Shown here piece by piece: positions 10,304 through 19,750 of a stretch of 64,000 bases of DNA. This stretch comes from Gammaproteobacteria bacterium. Lineage in GTDB: Bacteria; Pseudomonadota; Gammaproteobacteria; Steroidobacterales; JABDMI01. Position 1 is the stretch's first letter. Every line of letters begins with the position of its first letter. A program made the translations under genes and the position numbers. The stretch is taken from NCBI GenBank assembly GCA_013001575.1, contig JABDMI010000029.1:4792-68791 (forward strand), read 5' to 3'. The notes under the pieces are model-generated. The model was not told the origin of the DNA and searched no databases. It saw only the letters and a program-made list of their open reading frames with translations.

Positions 10304-10350
10304 GCGCTAGTCCAACACTCCTGAATAATCATTCGGGAACGTCTGGTGGA

Positions 10351-11796
10351 ATGACAATGCACACGAAAACAGACGACAACTTGCTCCCGGTTATTGCCTT
10401 GGTCGGTCGACCCAATGTTGGCAAGTCCACTTTATTCAATTACCTGACGCGCACCCGTGATGCCTTGGTGGCGGACTTTCCCGGACTTACCCGGGACCGC
10501 CAATATGGCTACGGCAAAGTTGGGCCGCGTGAATACATCGTGGTGGATACCGGTGGTCTCAGTGGTGATCCGGAAAAACTGGATACCTTGATGGAAAAAC
10601 AGGTGCAGTTTGCCATTGCCGAAGCCGATTACGTGATCTTCTTGCTCGACGCCAAAGACGGTTTGACTGCTGCCGACGAAACGATCGCACGACAGTTGCG
10701 GCGTTTGGGTAAGCCGGTCATGGCCGTGATCAATAAGACTGAAGGTCTGGACTCGGATCGCGCCAGCATGGATTTTCATCAACTGGGATTTGAACATCTG
10801 GTTCCGGTATCCGCGGCGCATGGTCATCGTATTGGGCCGATGATGGAGTATTTGCTGGAAGAATTGATACCGCCAAGCGCAGTTGCACAAGATGTTGAAC
10901 CGGATGAGCAAAGTGATGCTCAAAAACCCATAAAAGTGGCAGTAATTGGCAGACCCAATGTGGGCAAATCGACCTTGATCAACCGCATGTTGGGTGAGGA
11001 GCGCCTGGTCGCCTATGACATGCCGGGTACCACGCGTGACAGTATTGCCGTACCTTTTACCCGGGAACAACAAGACTACATCATGATCGATACCGCCGGG
11101 GTGCGGCGTAAATCAAGAGTGGAAGAGGGTATTGAAAAATTCTCGATCATTAAAACGCTTCAGGCCATTGATCAGGCCAACGTGGTGATCGCGGTACTTG
11201 ATGCCAGTGAAGCCATTACCGATCAAGATGCCAGTTTGATGGGCCTGGCAGTACACCGTGGTCGTGCCATGGTGGTTGCGGTGAACAAGTGGGATCATTT
11301 AAGTGCCGATCAGCGTCAAACCATTCAACGGCAGATCGATCTCAAAATCGAATTTATGAAATTCGCCGACCTGCATTTTATTTCTGCCTTGCACGGTACC
11401 GGGGTAGGTGATCTATTCGAATCCATCCAAAATGCCTATCAAGCCGCGATGAAAACCCTGACCACAGCCGAATTGACGCGGGTTCTTGAACAGGCCGTGG
11501 TACAACATCAACCGCCCTTGGTACGTGGCCGGCGCATAAGACTACGCTACGTGCATCAAGGTGGTCGTAATCCGCCTATCCTGGTGATTCACGGGAATCA
11601 GACCGCTAAATTGCCGGGTGACTATCGACGCTATTTGATCAATACCTTTCGCAAGGCATTTTCCTTACAAGGCACGCCATTACGACTGGAGCTCAAGTCC
11701 TCGAAAAACCCGTTTGCCGGACGCAAGAATAAACTCACTGACCGACAGATCAAAAAACGTGAACGTTTGCGTAGACACGTCAAAAAGAAAAAATAA
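10351..11796 (+). CDS. der: Ribosome biogenesis GTPase Der (EngA)
   Basis: Two tandem G domains (GRPNVGKSTLFN and GRPNVGKSTLIN), a KH-like C-terminal domain and a basic tail. Confidence 0.95.
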   Translation: MTMHTKTDDNLLPVIALVGRPNVGKSTLFNYLTRTRDALVADFPGLTRDRQYGYGKVGPREYIVVDTGGLSGDPEKLDTLMEKQVQFAIAEADYVIFLLDAKDGLTAADETIARQLRRLGKPVMAVINKTEGLDSDRASMDFHQLGFEHLVPVSAAHGHRIGPMMEYLLEELIPPSAVAQDVEPDEQSDAQKPIKVAVIGRPNVGKSTLINRMLGEERLVAYDMPGTTRDSIAVPFTREQQDYIMIDTAGVRRKSRVEEGIEKFSIIKTLQAIDQANVVIAVLDASEAITDQDASLMGLAVHRGRAMVVAVNKWDHLSADQRQTIQRQIDLKIEFMKFADLHFISALHGTGVGDLFESIQNAYQAAMKTLTTAELTRVLEQAVVQHQPPLVRGRRIRLRYVHQGGRNPPILVIHGNQTAKLPGDYRRYLINTFRKAFSLQGTPLRLELKSSKNPFAGRKNKLTDRQIKKRERLRRHVKKKK

Positions 11797-11931
11797 GCTT
11801 TTCAAAACCAGCTTCCAAACGGCTAAAGTTCGTTATTTTTAACACTTGCCTTACTGCTTTGCGGCTTTTTAGGGAGTATACTGTGTGACCAATATTTGTA
11901 CACAGACTGTCTGGAATAAAGGAGATACAGC

Positions 11932-12729
11932 ATGGCCAGCCTCTTGGAAATGATACTCAAATCGCAAAACGGCGATCTGGTTAAACAGATCGGCAATCAA
12001 CACGGACTTGAACCGAATCAGGCCTTTGATGCAATCCGAAATTTGTTACCGAGCTTGACTAAAGGTATGAATCAGAATATCCAGAAAGAGGGCGGTTTGG
12101 GCAACTTGCTGGACGCTCTCAATAAAGGCAAGCATCAAAAGTACATAGAGGATCCGCGCGCCATTACCACCCCGCAAGCGATTGATGACGGCAATAGCAT
12201 TTTAGGCCATATTCTAGGCAGCAAGGACCGCAGCCGCGAAGTAGCACGTCAGGCCTCACAGGCAACCGGGATCGATTACGAGATCCTTAAAAAAATTCTG
12301 CCGCAAGTGGCCGGCGCAAGTATGGGTGGTATGAGTAAGCGAGTGAATTCTCGCGACTCGGGAAGTTTGATCGAGGCCTTGACCAAAGCCAGTCAGCAGT
12401 CCGGTGGCAATGATGGCGGACTAGGCAATATTCTTGGCCAGGTTCTGGGTGGACAAGCCCCACAAGCGGCACCGCCCCCCAAACGTGGCGGTTTAGGTGG
12501 ATTGTTAGGCAGTATATTTGGCCGCAAAAAAGCCCCGCCACCTCCACCACAACCCAAAATGCCGGATCTTGGTGGCATTTTGGGCGGCATACTTGGTGGT
12601 AAATCGGCACAAGAACTACCGCCTCAAGTTCAGCAACAAACCCGTTCGGTGTTGGGTAAAATGCTGGACCTGGATGGTGATGGCAAGACCATGGATGATA
12701 TATTCAATATGGCGAAAAAAATGCTTTAG
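11932..12729 (+). CDS. DUF937-like Gly/Pro-rich protein of unknown function
   Basis: GGLGNLL/GGLGGLLGSIFG repeats and a P-rich tract, followed by a strong terminator. The family call is from memory only. Confidence 0.55.
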   Translation: MASLLEMILKSQNGDLVKQIGNQHGLEPNQAFDAIRNLLPSLTKGMNQNIQKEGGLGNLLDALNKGKHQKYIEDPRAITTPQAIDDGNSILGHILGSKDRSREVARQASQATGIDYEILKKILPQVAGASMGGMSKRVNSRDSGSLIEALTKASQQSGGNDGGLGNILGQVLGGQAPQAAPPPKRGGLGGLLGSIFGRKKAPPPPPQPKMPDLGGILGGILGGKSAQELPPQVQQQTRSVLGKMLDLDGDGKTMDDIFNMAKKML

Positions 12730-12754
12730 CTTTTTACTCGTTGTGATCAATTCT

Positions 12755-12781
12755 AAACCCGGACCTGTTCCGGGTTTTTTC
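12755..12781 (+). terminator. Rho-independent terminator
   Basis: Perfect 8-bp stem AACCCGGA / TCCGGGTT with loop CCTGT, followed by a T-run. Confidence 0.8.
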
Positions 12782-12816
12782 ATGCCCAGTTGTGATGCCG
12801 CTTTAGTTTATAATGC

Positions 12817-13935
12817 ATGAAATTTTCAAATAGCCAAGCAATGCCAGCCACTAAATATCTACAATTAAAAACACCCTTCAAGTTTCGCAAGGGCGGTCAA
12901 ATTCCCGAGTATCAACTTGCTTATGAGACTTGGGGAGAACTGAATCCGGGTAAGGATAATGCGATATTATTGTTCACAGGTTTATCTCCGTCCGCGCATG
13001 CCTCATCTTCTCCAGAAGACCAGAGTCCGGGTTGGTGGGAAGACATGTTGGGCTCAAATTGTCCACTGGACTCGGATAAATATTTCATTATTTGTGTCAA
13101 TTCCCTGGGTAGTTGTTACGGCAGTACCGGGCCGGCGTCTTTGCATCCTGACACCGGGATGCGCTATGCCCTGGATTTCCCGGTTTTAACCCTCGAAGAT
13201 ATTGCTGCCAGCACCGATGAAGTCGTTAAGTCATTCGGGATAGAAAAACTGGCTGCCGTGGTTGGTGCTTCCATGGGAGGGATGTCGGCCTTGGCCTATC
13301 TGATCCAGCATCCCAAAAAAACCCGGGCATTCATAAGTATTTCCTCGGCTTTACGCGCCGAACCGTTTGCTATCGCATTACGTTCCTTGCAGCGCGAATT
13401 GATTCGTAATGATGCTGTCTGGAATGAAGGTCAATACGCCGATGACGAGCAACCCGTTGCGGGTATGCAAATGGCGCGTAAACTGGGCATGATCACCTAT
13501 CGTTCTGCGACCGAATGGCGCCAACGGTTTGGACGAGAGCGGGCCAGCGAACGTGGTGGTGGAGCATTTGGCATTGAGTTTGATGTGGAATCGTATCTTG
13601 AGGCGCATGCCAAAAAATTTACCGGCCAGTTCGACGCCAATTGCTATCTGTATCTGTCGCGTGCCCTGGATCTGTTCGATGTTGCCGAACATGGCGGATC
13701 GATTGCTGCGGCTTTAAAAGAGATCGACATAGAGAGATCCCTGGTGATCGGCGTTAGCTCTGATTTTTTATTTCCTTTGCATCAGCAGCAAGAGCTTGCA
13801 GAGGCTCTGGGAGCGGTCTGTGACAATGTGGAATTTGTGCAGCTGGACTCGATCCAGGGCCATGATTCATTTCTAGTGGACATGGATCGATTCAGACCGG
13901 TGATCTGTGATTTTCTTGACAGCGGGTGTGCCTGA
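12817..13935 (+). CDS. metX: Homoserine O-acyltransferase family (MetX-type alpha/beta hydrolase)
   Basis: GWWEDMLG, YFIICVNSLGSCYGSTGP, nucleophile elbow GASMGGM, and C-terminal GHDSFL. Acyl and substrate specificity cannot be judged by eye. Confidence 0.85.
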   Translation: MKFSNSQAMPATKYLQLKTPFKFRKGGQIPEYQLAYETWGELNPGKDNAILLFTGLSPSAHASSSPEDQSPGWWEDMLGSNCPLDSDKYFIICVNSLGSCYGSTGPASLHPDTGMRYALDFPVLTLEDIAASTDEVVKSFGIEKLAAVVGASMGGMSALAYLIQHPKKTRAFISISSALRAEPFAIALRSLQRELIRNDAVWNEGQYADDEQPVAGMQMARKLGMITYRSATEWRQRFGRERASERGGGAFGIEFDVESYLEAHAKKFTGQFDANCYLYLSRALDLFDVAEHGGSIAAALKEIDIERSLVIGVSSDFLFPLHQQQELAEALGAVCDNVEFVQLDSIQGHDSFLVDMDRFRPVICDFLDSGCA

Positions 13936-14376
13936 ATGAAGACTATAACGCCGTTTCATTTAGCCATTCCGGTCAGAGACATCGATGAAGCGCGAGATTT
14001 TTATACGAATGTTTTGCATTGTGAAGTCGGGCGCAGCAGTAGTGACTGGGTCGACCTGAATTTATATGGTCATCAACTGGTTTGTCATTTGGATACGGAG
14101 CTTGGTTCACAGGGTCGCATTCAACACCACGTATTTCCAAAGCATGGGCATGGTGTGATCCCGGTTCCACATTACGGGGTGGTGCTGGAGATGGAAAAAT
14201 GGCTGGCATTATCCGTTGAGCTAACCGACAAAGTCGAGTTTATACTGTCTCCCGCTGTACGCCTTGAGGGTGAACCGGGAGAACAAGCGAGTATGTTGTT
14301 TTACGATCCAAGTGGTAATGCTTTGGAATTTAAAACATTAAGTGACATAGAAAAACATTTATTTGCCACAGAATAA
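13936..14376 (+). CDS. VOC (glyoxalase/bleomycin-resistance/dioxygenase) family protein, paralog 1
   Basis: PFHLAIPVRDIDEARDFY and C-terminal DPSGNALEFK. The ATG directly follows the metX TGA. Confidence 0.7.
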   Translation: MKTITPFHLAIPVRDIDEARDFYTNVLHCEVGRSSSDWVDLNLYGHQLVCHLDTELGSQGRIQHHVFPKHGHGVIPVPHYGVVLEMEKWLALSVELTDKVEFILSPAVRLEGEPGEQASMLFYDPSGNALEFKTLSDIEKHLFATE

Positions 14377-14405
14377 AAAATTGCATTATTTATTGATTCA
14401 ATAAT

Positions 14406-14831
14406 ATGACTCCATTTCATCTTGCCCTGACTGTTCGCGACATTAATGAAGCACGTGATTTTTATACACAAACATTGGGGTGTTCTATGGGTCGTAGTGA
14501 TATTGACTGGGTCGATCTGGATTTTTTCGGGCATCAGCTGACATGCCACCTCGATCCGGAGCTGGGCAAACAAGGCAAGGTCAAACAGCACATCAATCCG
14601 GTGGATGGGCATGGGGTTCCTATACCGCATTGTGGCGTGGTACTGGAAATGCCTGTCTGGCGCACGCTTGCCGAGTCATTAAAAGGGAAAGTAGCGTTTA
14701 TTATCGAACCTTATATTCGTTTCCCGGGTGAGCCGGGAGAACAAGCCACGATGTTTTTTTGTGATCCATCAGGCAACGCCTTGGAATTCAAAGCCTTTAA
14801 AAATATAAGCAAGCAATTATTTGCGACTTAG
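14406..14831 (+). CDS. VOC family protein, paralog 2
   Basis: PFHLALTVRDINEARDFY and DPSGNALEFK. Roughly half or more of residues are identical to the upstream paralog by eye. Confidence 0.7.
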   Translation: MTPFHLALTVRDINEARDFYTQTLGCSMGRSDIDWVDLDFFGHQLTCHLDPELGKQGKVKQHINPVDGHGVPIPHCGVVLEMPVWRTLAESLKGKVAFIIEPYIRFPGEPGEQATMFFCDPSGNALEFKAFKNISKQLFAT

Positions 14832-14855
14832 CAACCCATACTACGAGACCAGAAC

Positions 14856-16169
14856 ATGACAGTCACACTTGCATCCGAGCTTAAATTACCGTGTGGCGTT
14901 GTTTTGCCTAACCGACTGTGTAAGTCGGCTATGACCGAAGGGCTCGCAGACGCCTATGACCACGCAACCCATGGTCACCAGAATCTTTACCGCAGCTGGT
15001 CTGAAGGCGGTACTGGCTTGTTGATATCGGGCAATATTATGGTCGACAAGCGCTATTTGGAACGCCCCGGCAATGTGGTTGTCGAAAACCATTCCGGATT
15101 TGCCCAATTACAATCCTGGGTTGAAGCAGCTACAGTTAACGGCAATCAGTTTTGGGCACAAGTTTCACATCCGGGTCGTCAGTGTGCCCGAATCTCATCC
15201 ATGCGTCCATTGTCTCCGTCGGATGTGCAATTAAAAATGCTAGGTTCATTTGCCAAACCGAATCCCATGACTGTCGAAGACATTGAAGAGGCGATAGACC
15301 GTTATGTGAATACAGCCGTCATCCTAAAAGAGGCCGGATTTACCGGCATCCAAATTCATGGAGCGCACGGGTATTTGATCAGTCAATTCCTGTCCCCAGT
15401 TACCAATCGCCGTACTGACGAGTGGGGCGGCAATCTGGAAAATCGAGCCTATTTTCTGTTAAAGATCGTACGCAAGTGTCGTGAAACATTGGGTATGGAT
15501 TATCCGCTGTCTGTTAAACTCAATTCGGCCGATTTCCAAAAAGGCGGTTTCACCCTGGAAGAGAGTGCCCAGGTGGCTAAATGGCTGAGTGATGAAAGAA
15601 TCGACCTGTTGGAGATTTCTGGTGGAACTTATGAACAGATCAAATTGCTTGGACACACCGGTGAAGTTTCGGATATAGAGAATCCGGAAGTCGACGAAAA
15701 CACACGTGAAAGTACGCGTAAACGTGAAGCCTATTTTCTTGAATATGCCCAGACTATACAATCATCAATAAATATTCCATTACTTGTCACCGGTGGATTC
15801 CGTTCGCGTAATACCATGCTTGAAACACTGGCCAATCATGAACTGGATGTTGTTGGGATCGCACGGCCACTTTGTGTGGACCCGGCAATTTCGCAAAAAC
15901 TCATTGACGGTACCGAAGAGAAAGCTCAACAATATGAGCCCAAGCTATGGTCTGGTGCTTTTGGTCCGGCCAGCAAATCCAAAGTTTTTCGCATGGTGAA
16001 TATTTTTGGTGATGTGGCCTGGTATTATCACCAAATTCTGAAATTGGCAAAGAATAAGCCAATCAACCCCCAGTTGGGTTTGTTGAATTCTTTTTTCTCA
16101 CATTTTAATCGCGAGTACAGAATCGGACTGCAGAGAAAGTGGAAGCAAAGGAAGAAATCCGGGTCCTAG
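14856..16169 (+). CDS. NADH:flavin oxidoreductase, Old Yellow Enzyme family
   Basis: Typical OYE motifs are present: QVSHPGRQ and IQIHGAHGYLISQFLSP. Confidence 0.8.
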   Translation: MTVTLASELKLPCGVVLPNRLCKSAMTEGLADAYDHATHGHQNLYRSWSEGGTGLLISGNIMVDKRYLERPGNVVVENHSGFAQLQSWVEAATVNGNQFWAQVSHPGRQCARISSMRPLSPSDVQLKMLGSFAKPNPMTVEDIEEAIDRYVNTAVILKEAGFTGIQIHGAHGYLISQFLSPVTNRRTDEWGGNLENRAYFLLKIVRKCRETLGMDYPLSVKLNSADFQKGGFTLEESAQVAKWLSDERIDLLEISGGTYEQIKLLGHTGEVSDIENPEVDENTRESTRKREAYFLEYAQTIQSSINIPLLVTGGFRSRNTMLETLANHELDVVGIARPLCVDPAISQKLIDGTEEKAQQYEPKLWSGAFGPASKSKVFRMVNIFGDVAWYYHQILKLAKNKPINPQLGLLNSFFSHFNREYRIGLQRKWKQRKKSGS

Positions 16170-16214
16170 ATCGCACCGGCTAAAAATTTTTACGCCGCGT
16201 CGGTGGAAATTTTT

Positions 16215-16373
16215 CTATTGCGTAACTTTGCGTAAAACCGGCACCCTGATGCCCAGGAAAATATCACCTTCGCCATACTGACCATCACCGGTTTTGAAAA
16301 AGCCTTGCGAATGTTTTGCAATTTCAGGGTTAGCAAGCGCCTTTATCTCACCGAGAATCTGGTTTGCTTTCAC
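16215..16373 (-). pseudogene. N-terminal remnant (52 codons) of a DNA alkylation repair (AlkD-like HEAT-repeat) gene
   Basis: The minus-strand translation is VKANQILGEIKALANPEIAKHSQGFFKTGDGQYGEGDIFLGIRVPVLRKVTQ followed by a stop. It matches the N-terminal signature I recall for that family (FFKTG.G.YGEGD.FLG.RVP.LR). Full-length members are about 230 aa. Confidence 0.5.
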
Positions 16374-16378
16374 AGCGC

Positions 16379-17170
16379 TTATTCTTTGATGGTGACCAGA
16401 GTCAGTTCATTGCCCCACACGCAGCCGCTATCCAGGCACAGTATATTTTTACGTTTATAGTAACCAAGCGCTGCCCAATGGCCAAATACAATCGGGGTTT
16501 TTTTAAGTTTTCGACCGGGGTATTTAAACCAGGGGATAAGGGTTTTGGGTTTTTGTTTTAACTGACTTTTATTCTGCAGGTTAAGTCGACAGCGTTTGGT
16601 TACATAGCGCATCCGGGTAAAAGCGTTTGTAATGAATCTCAGGCGTTCGTAGCCAATCAGGTTTTTTGACCAAAGACTTGGCTGGTTGCCATGCATGTTT
16701 TTGAAAAATTTACTTCGCTGTTTTTCATCTACCAGTACCTCTTCCACTTCACGCGCCAGTTTCAAGGTTTTTCCCATGCTCCAGAGAGGGTAGATACCGG
16801 CATGTGCCAAGAGGGTATTCAGTTCCAGTTCGTAATGCACCAGAGGTTGATGGCTCAACCATTCCAGCAGATCGATCTTGTCTTTGGCCTTGAAAATAGG
16901 TTTCAGGTCTTTGCCAATGCTGTAATTTGCTTGTAAAGGCTTGTGATACGCAAGTGCCAAGAGGTGAAGGTCGTGGTTGCCAAGCACCGTGACGATGGAG
17001 TCACGAATGGAAAACAGATAACGCAAAGTTTTTAATGATTTGGGACCACGGGCTACCAGATCTCCACTTAGCCAAAGTGTATCCTTTTTCGGGTCAAACT
17101 CAACCTCATCCAGTTTGTTTCTCAGGTCTTGATAGCAACCCTGAACATCGCCAACCGCATAAATAGCCAT
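16379..17170 (-). CDS. apaH: Bis(5'-nucleosyl)-tetraphosphatase, symmetrical
   Basis: Metallophosphatase motifs are present: YAVGDVQGC, GDLVARGP, GNHDLHLL. Confidence 0.9.
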   Translation of the reverse strand: MAIYAVGDVQGCYQDLRNKLDEVEFDPKKDTLWLSGDLVARGPKSLKTLRYLFSIRDSIVTVLGNHDLHLLALAYHKPLQANYSIGKDLKPIFKAKDKIDLLEWLSHQPLVHYELELNTLLAHAGIYPLWSMGKTLKLAREVEEVLVDEKQRSKFFKNMHGNQPSLWSKNLIGYERLRFITNAFTRMRYVTKRCRLNLQNKSQLKQKPKTLIPWFKYPGRKLKKTPIVFGHWAALGYYKRKNILCLDSGCVWGNELTLVTIKE

Positions 17171-17201
17171 TAGAATCCCTGTGTTTTATTATTTATCAAA
17201 T

Positions 17202-17576
17202 TTAATTGACCAGGCCTGGAACTGCAAGACTAAAAACCGGAATATTGGCATTAAAAGTATCTCCTTGCATAGTGCGCATACCATAATGTCCATACATACA
17301 GCCTATTGGGGTTTTCAATACCGCTCCACTTGTATAACGATGCACTTGTCCCGGTTGCAAAACAGGTTGCAATCCAACAACTCCTTCTCCGCTTACTTCT
17401 TTGGTAATGCCATTGGCGTCGGTAATGATCCATTTACGCGTTATTAATTGTACGGTTTCACTGGAATTGTTGCTGATCTCAACATGATAGGCAAAAGTGA
17501 ACACGCCATTGAGTGCATCGGACTGAGCCTCGATGTATTCAGTTTGAACGCTCACATTAATGCTGTCCTGACTCAT
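17202..17576 (-). CDS. apaG: ApaG (DUF525) protein
   Basis: A 124-aa protein with FAYHVEISN, RKWIITDANG and GEGVVGLQPVL. It sits at the conserved position between rsmA and apaH. Confidence 0.9.
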   Translation of the reverse strand: MSQDSINVSVQTEYIEAQSDALNGVFTFAYHVEISNNSSETVQLITRKWIITDANGITKEVSGEGVVGLQPVLQPGQVHRYTSGAVLKTPIGCMYGHYGMRTMQGDTFNANIPVFSLAVPGLVN

Positions 17577-18391
17577 TGGTTTTTAGAACTCAAATAATTA
17601 CTTATGCTAATGAAATCCAGAACAGACAATCTTTCAGCGCGTAATTGAGGGTCCAGGCCCAGTTGATCAAAATTTTCGGGGCTTAGAAACGATTTAAGGC
17701 TATTTCGAATGGTTTTGCGTCTTTGGCTGAAAGCCTGACGCACAACATCAGCAAATATTGCCGGATCTTTGATGTGGTATTCATTTGCATGCGAGATTGA
17801 TTTTGGGGTCAAGCAGATAATTGCCGAGTCAACTTTAGGCGGTGGCTTAAAGGCACCCGGGCCTACCTCAAAAAGCTTCTCCGCATTCCAGTGAGCCTGA
17901 ACCATAACCGAGAGTCGGCCATAGGTTTTACTCCCTGGCATAGCAACCATGCGATCAACCACCTCTTTTTGCAACATAAAATGCATATCAATAATACGAT
18001 GCTTGAAATTTATCAAATGAAAAATTAGAGGGGTAGAAATGTTGTACGGGAGATTGCCAATTAGCCTGATATTCTCGGCCTCAGGAAGCAATGCAGCAAA
18101 ATCGGTGCGTAAGGCATCAGCTTCTTGTATGAAGAAATCGGTATGTTTTTGTGTGGCATTGGACAAGCTTTTTATGGCGTCGCGGTCTATTTCCAAAGCC
18201 AGGTATTGTTGATACGGGTAGCGTTCAAGCAGGGGAAGGGTCAATGCGCCTAATCCCGGGCCAATTTCAATGACATGGTCATTGTGTTTCAGGTCAATGG
18301 CTTCTGCTATGCGTTGTATTACATGCGCATCGTGTAAAAAATGCTGACCAAAACGTTTACGTACCGGGTGAGACATATGTGCGTCAGGCAT
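17573..18391 (-). CDS. rsmA: 16S rRNA (adenine1518/1519-N6)-dimethyltransferase
   Basis: KRFGQHFL, SAM motif VIEIGPGLGALT, and NLPYNISTP. Confidence 0.9.
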   Translation of the reverse strand: MPDAHMSHPVRKRFGQHFLHDAHVIQRIAEAIDLKHNDHVIEIGPGLGALTLPLLERYPYQQYLALEIDRDAIKSLSNATQKHTDFFIQEADALRTDFAALLPEAENIRLIGNLPYNISTPLIFHLINFKHRIIDMHFMLQKEVVDRMVAMPGSKTYGRLSVMVQAHWNAEKLFEVGPGAFKPPPKVDSAIICLTPKSISHANEYHIKDPAIFADVVRQAFSQRRKTIRNSLKSFLSPENFDQLGLDPQLRAERLSVLDFISISNYLSSKNQ

Positions 18392-18408
18392 TCAGTTTTT
18401 TATCAGTA

Positions 18409-19710
18409 TTATTTAATAATATCATTCATACTTCGAATGGTTTTTTCAATACTGGATGTAATCGTGGATTCAAGATCAATTTCTTTTTCAAGTGCTTTTT
18501 CAATAACCAGTTCTTCTTCTGGAATTTCTTCGGCCGGAAGTATCTGCTTACGTTGCAGAGAATGGTCCTCTTCAAGAATATTAAACATTTCGTGAATATC
18601 GTCATCACTTAATTCGGCACTTTCCGGGACTGCGCCTTTGTTGCGAAGTTCCTGATTTTCGGCTTTATGCGCTTGTGCAAATGAAGTTTGAGCAGGTTGA
18701 TGAAGTTGTGCAATTTCCTGACTTGCCGCAAGTGAATTCTGTTTTTTACGTTTTTTACGTTGGTATGCCACTGTTGCCATTTCAATAGCGGTTTCAACAG
18801 CTGCAATCATGCTGTCGGGTGAAACGCGGCCAGTGCCCGCCAGATCCAATGCAGTGCCGTGATCCACAGAAGTTCGGATAATTGGTAAACCAAGGGTAAT
18901 ATTCACCCCTTTGCCAAAACTGGCATATTTTAATACCGGTAAGCCCTGGTCGTGATACATGCAAAGAATTGCATCAACATCATGCAATATTTTAGGAGTA
19001 AAAACCGTGTCAGCAGGTAATGGACCAATCAGATCCATTCCGGAGTTTCGGGCCAGGTTCAATGTTGGTTCAATAGTATCAATATCCTCACGACCCAGGT
19101 GCCCCTGTTCGCCAGCATGCGGGTTCAATCCGCACACAGCTATTCTTGGAGATTGAATTCCAAAATGTAGCTTGAGGTCGTTATACAAAACTTCCAGAAC
19201 ATTGATCAAGGCATCTTGTGTGATGGCGGCGGGCACTTTACTCAAAGGCAAGTGGGTTGTAGCCAGCGCGACACGCATTTCATCACAAGCCAGCATCATG
19301 ACCGGTTTGTCGACCAGGGTTTTTTGTGCCAGATACTCTGTATGTCCACTGAAGGCATACCCAGCCTCATTGATTATCCCTTTATGTACCGGGGCCGTGA
19401 CCATGGCATGAAACTGTTTACGTACGCATCCTTGAATCGCAATGTCGAGTTGCTCAAGAACCATTGGGACGTTTTTGCTATCAAGGCGACCGGCGACCAC
19501 TGGTAGTGCAGTTGGTACACTTATAAGATCCAGATGTTTCAGGGCATCTTCAAGGCCAAGTTGTTTAGCGCGCTGACCAAACACAACAGAGTCGCCGATA
19601 ATGCTAATACGAGCAGGTAATTTTGCTTTGAGCAGATGCAGACAGACGTCAGGCCCTGCGCCGGATGGTTCACCCGAGGTGACAACAATTTTTGGCAGGA
19701 AAAGACTCAT
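18409..19710 (-). CDS. pdxA: 4-hydroxythreonine-4-phosphate dehydrogenase PdxA with a roughly 115-aa C-terminal extension
   Basis: SGEPSGAGPD, HTEYLA, GLNPHAGE and IIRTSVDHGTA. The enzyme core ends near aa 315 and the ORF runs to aa 433. Confidence 0.9.
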   Translation of the reverse strand: MSLFLPKIVVTSGEPSGAGPDVCLHLLKAKLPARISIIGDSVVFGQRAKQLGLEDALKHLDLISVPTALPVVAGRLDSKNVPMVLEQLDIAIQGCVRKQFHAMVTAPVHKGIINEAGYAFSGHTEYLAQKTLVDKPVMMLACDEMRVALATTHLPLSKVPAAITQDALINVLEVLYNDLKLHFGIQSPRIAVCGLNPHAGEQGHLGREDIDTIEPTLNLARNSGMDLIGPLPADTVFTPKILHDVDAILCMYHDQGLPVLKYASFGKGVNITLGLPIIRTSVDHGTALDLAGTGRVSPDSMIAAVETAIEMATVAYQRKKRKKQNSLAASQEIAQLHQPAQTSFAQAHKAENQELRNKGAVPESAELSDDDIHEMFNILEEDHSLQRKQILPAEEIPEEELVIEKALEKEIDLESTITSSIEKTIRSMNDIIK

Positions 19711-19750
19711 GTCTGGTTAATTATCAGGCTATTTAGTATGGCTCATGTTC

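Noticed and set aside
9364-11073. Long antisense ORFs opposite bamB (174 and 129 aa) and der (213 aa).
   Set aside because: They are antisense to confidently identified genes, with no start context or homology signal.
12287-12820. ORFs overlapping the Gly/Pro-rich part of the DUF937-like gene on both strands, including the 100-aa plus-strand ORF 12518-12820.
   Set aside because: They are products of low-complexity GC-rich codon repeats. The 100-aa ORF runs through the rho-independent terminator at 12755-12781.
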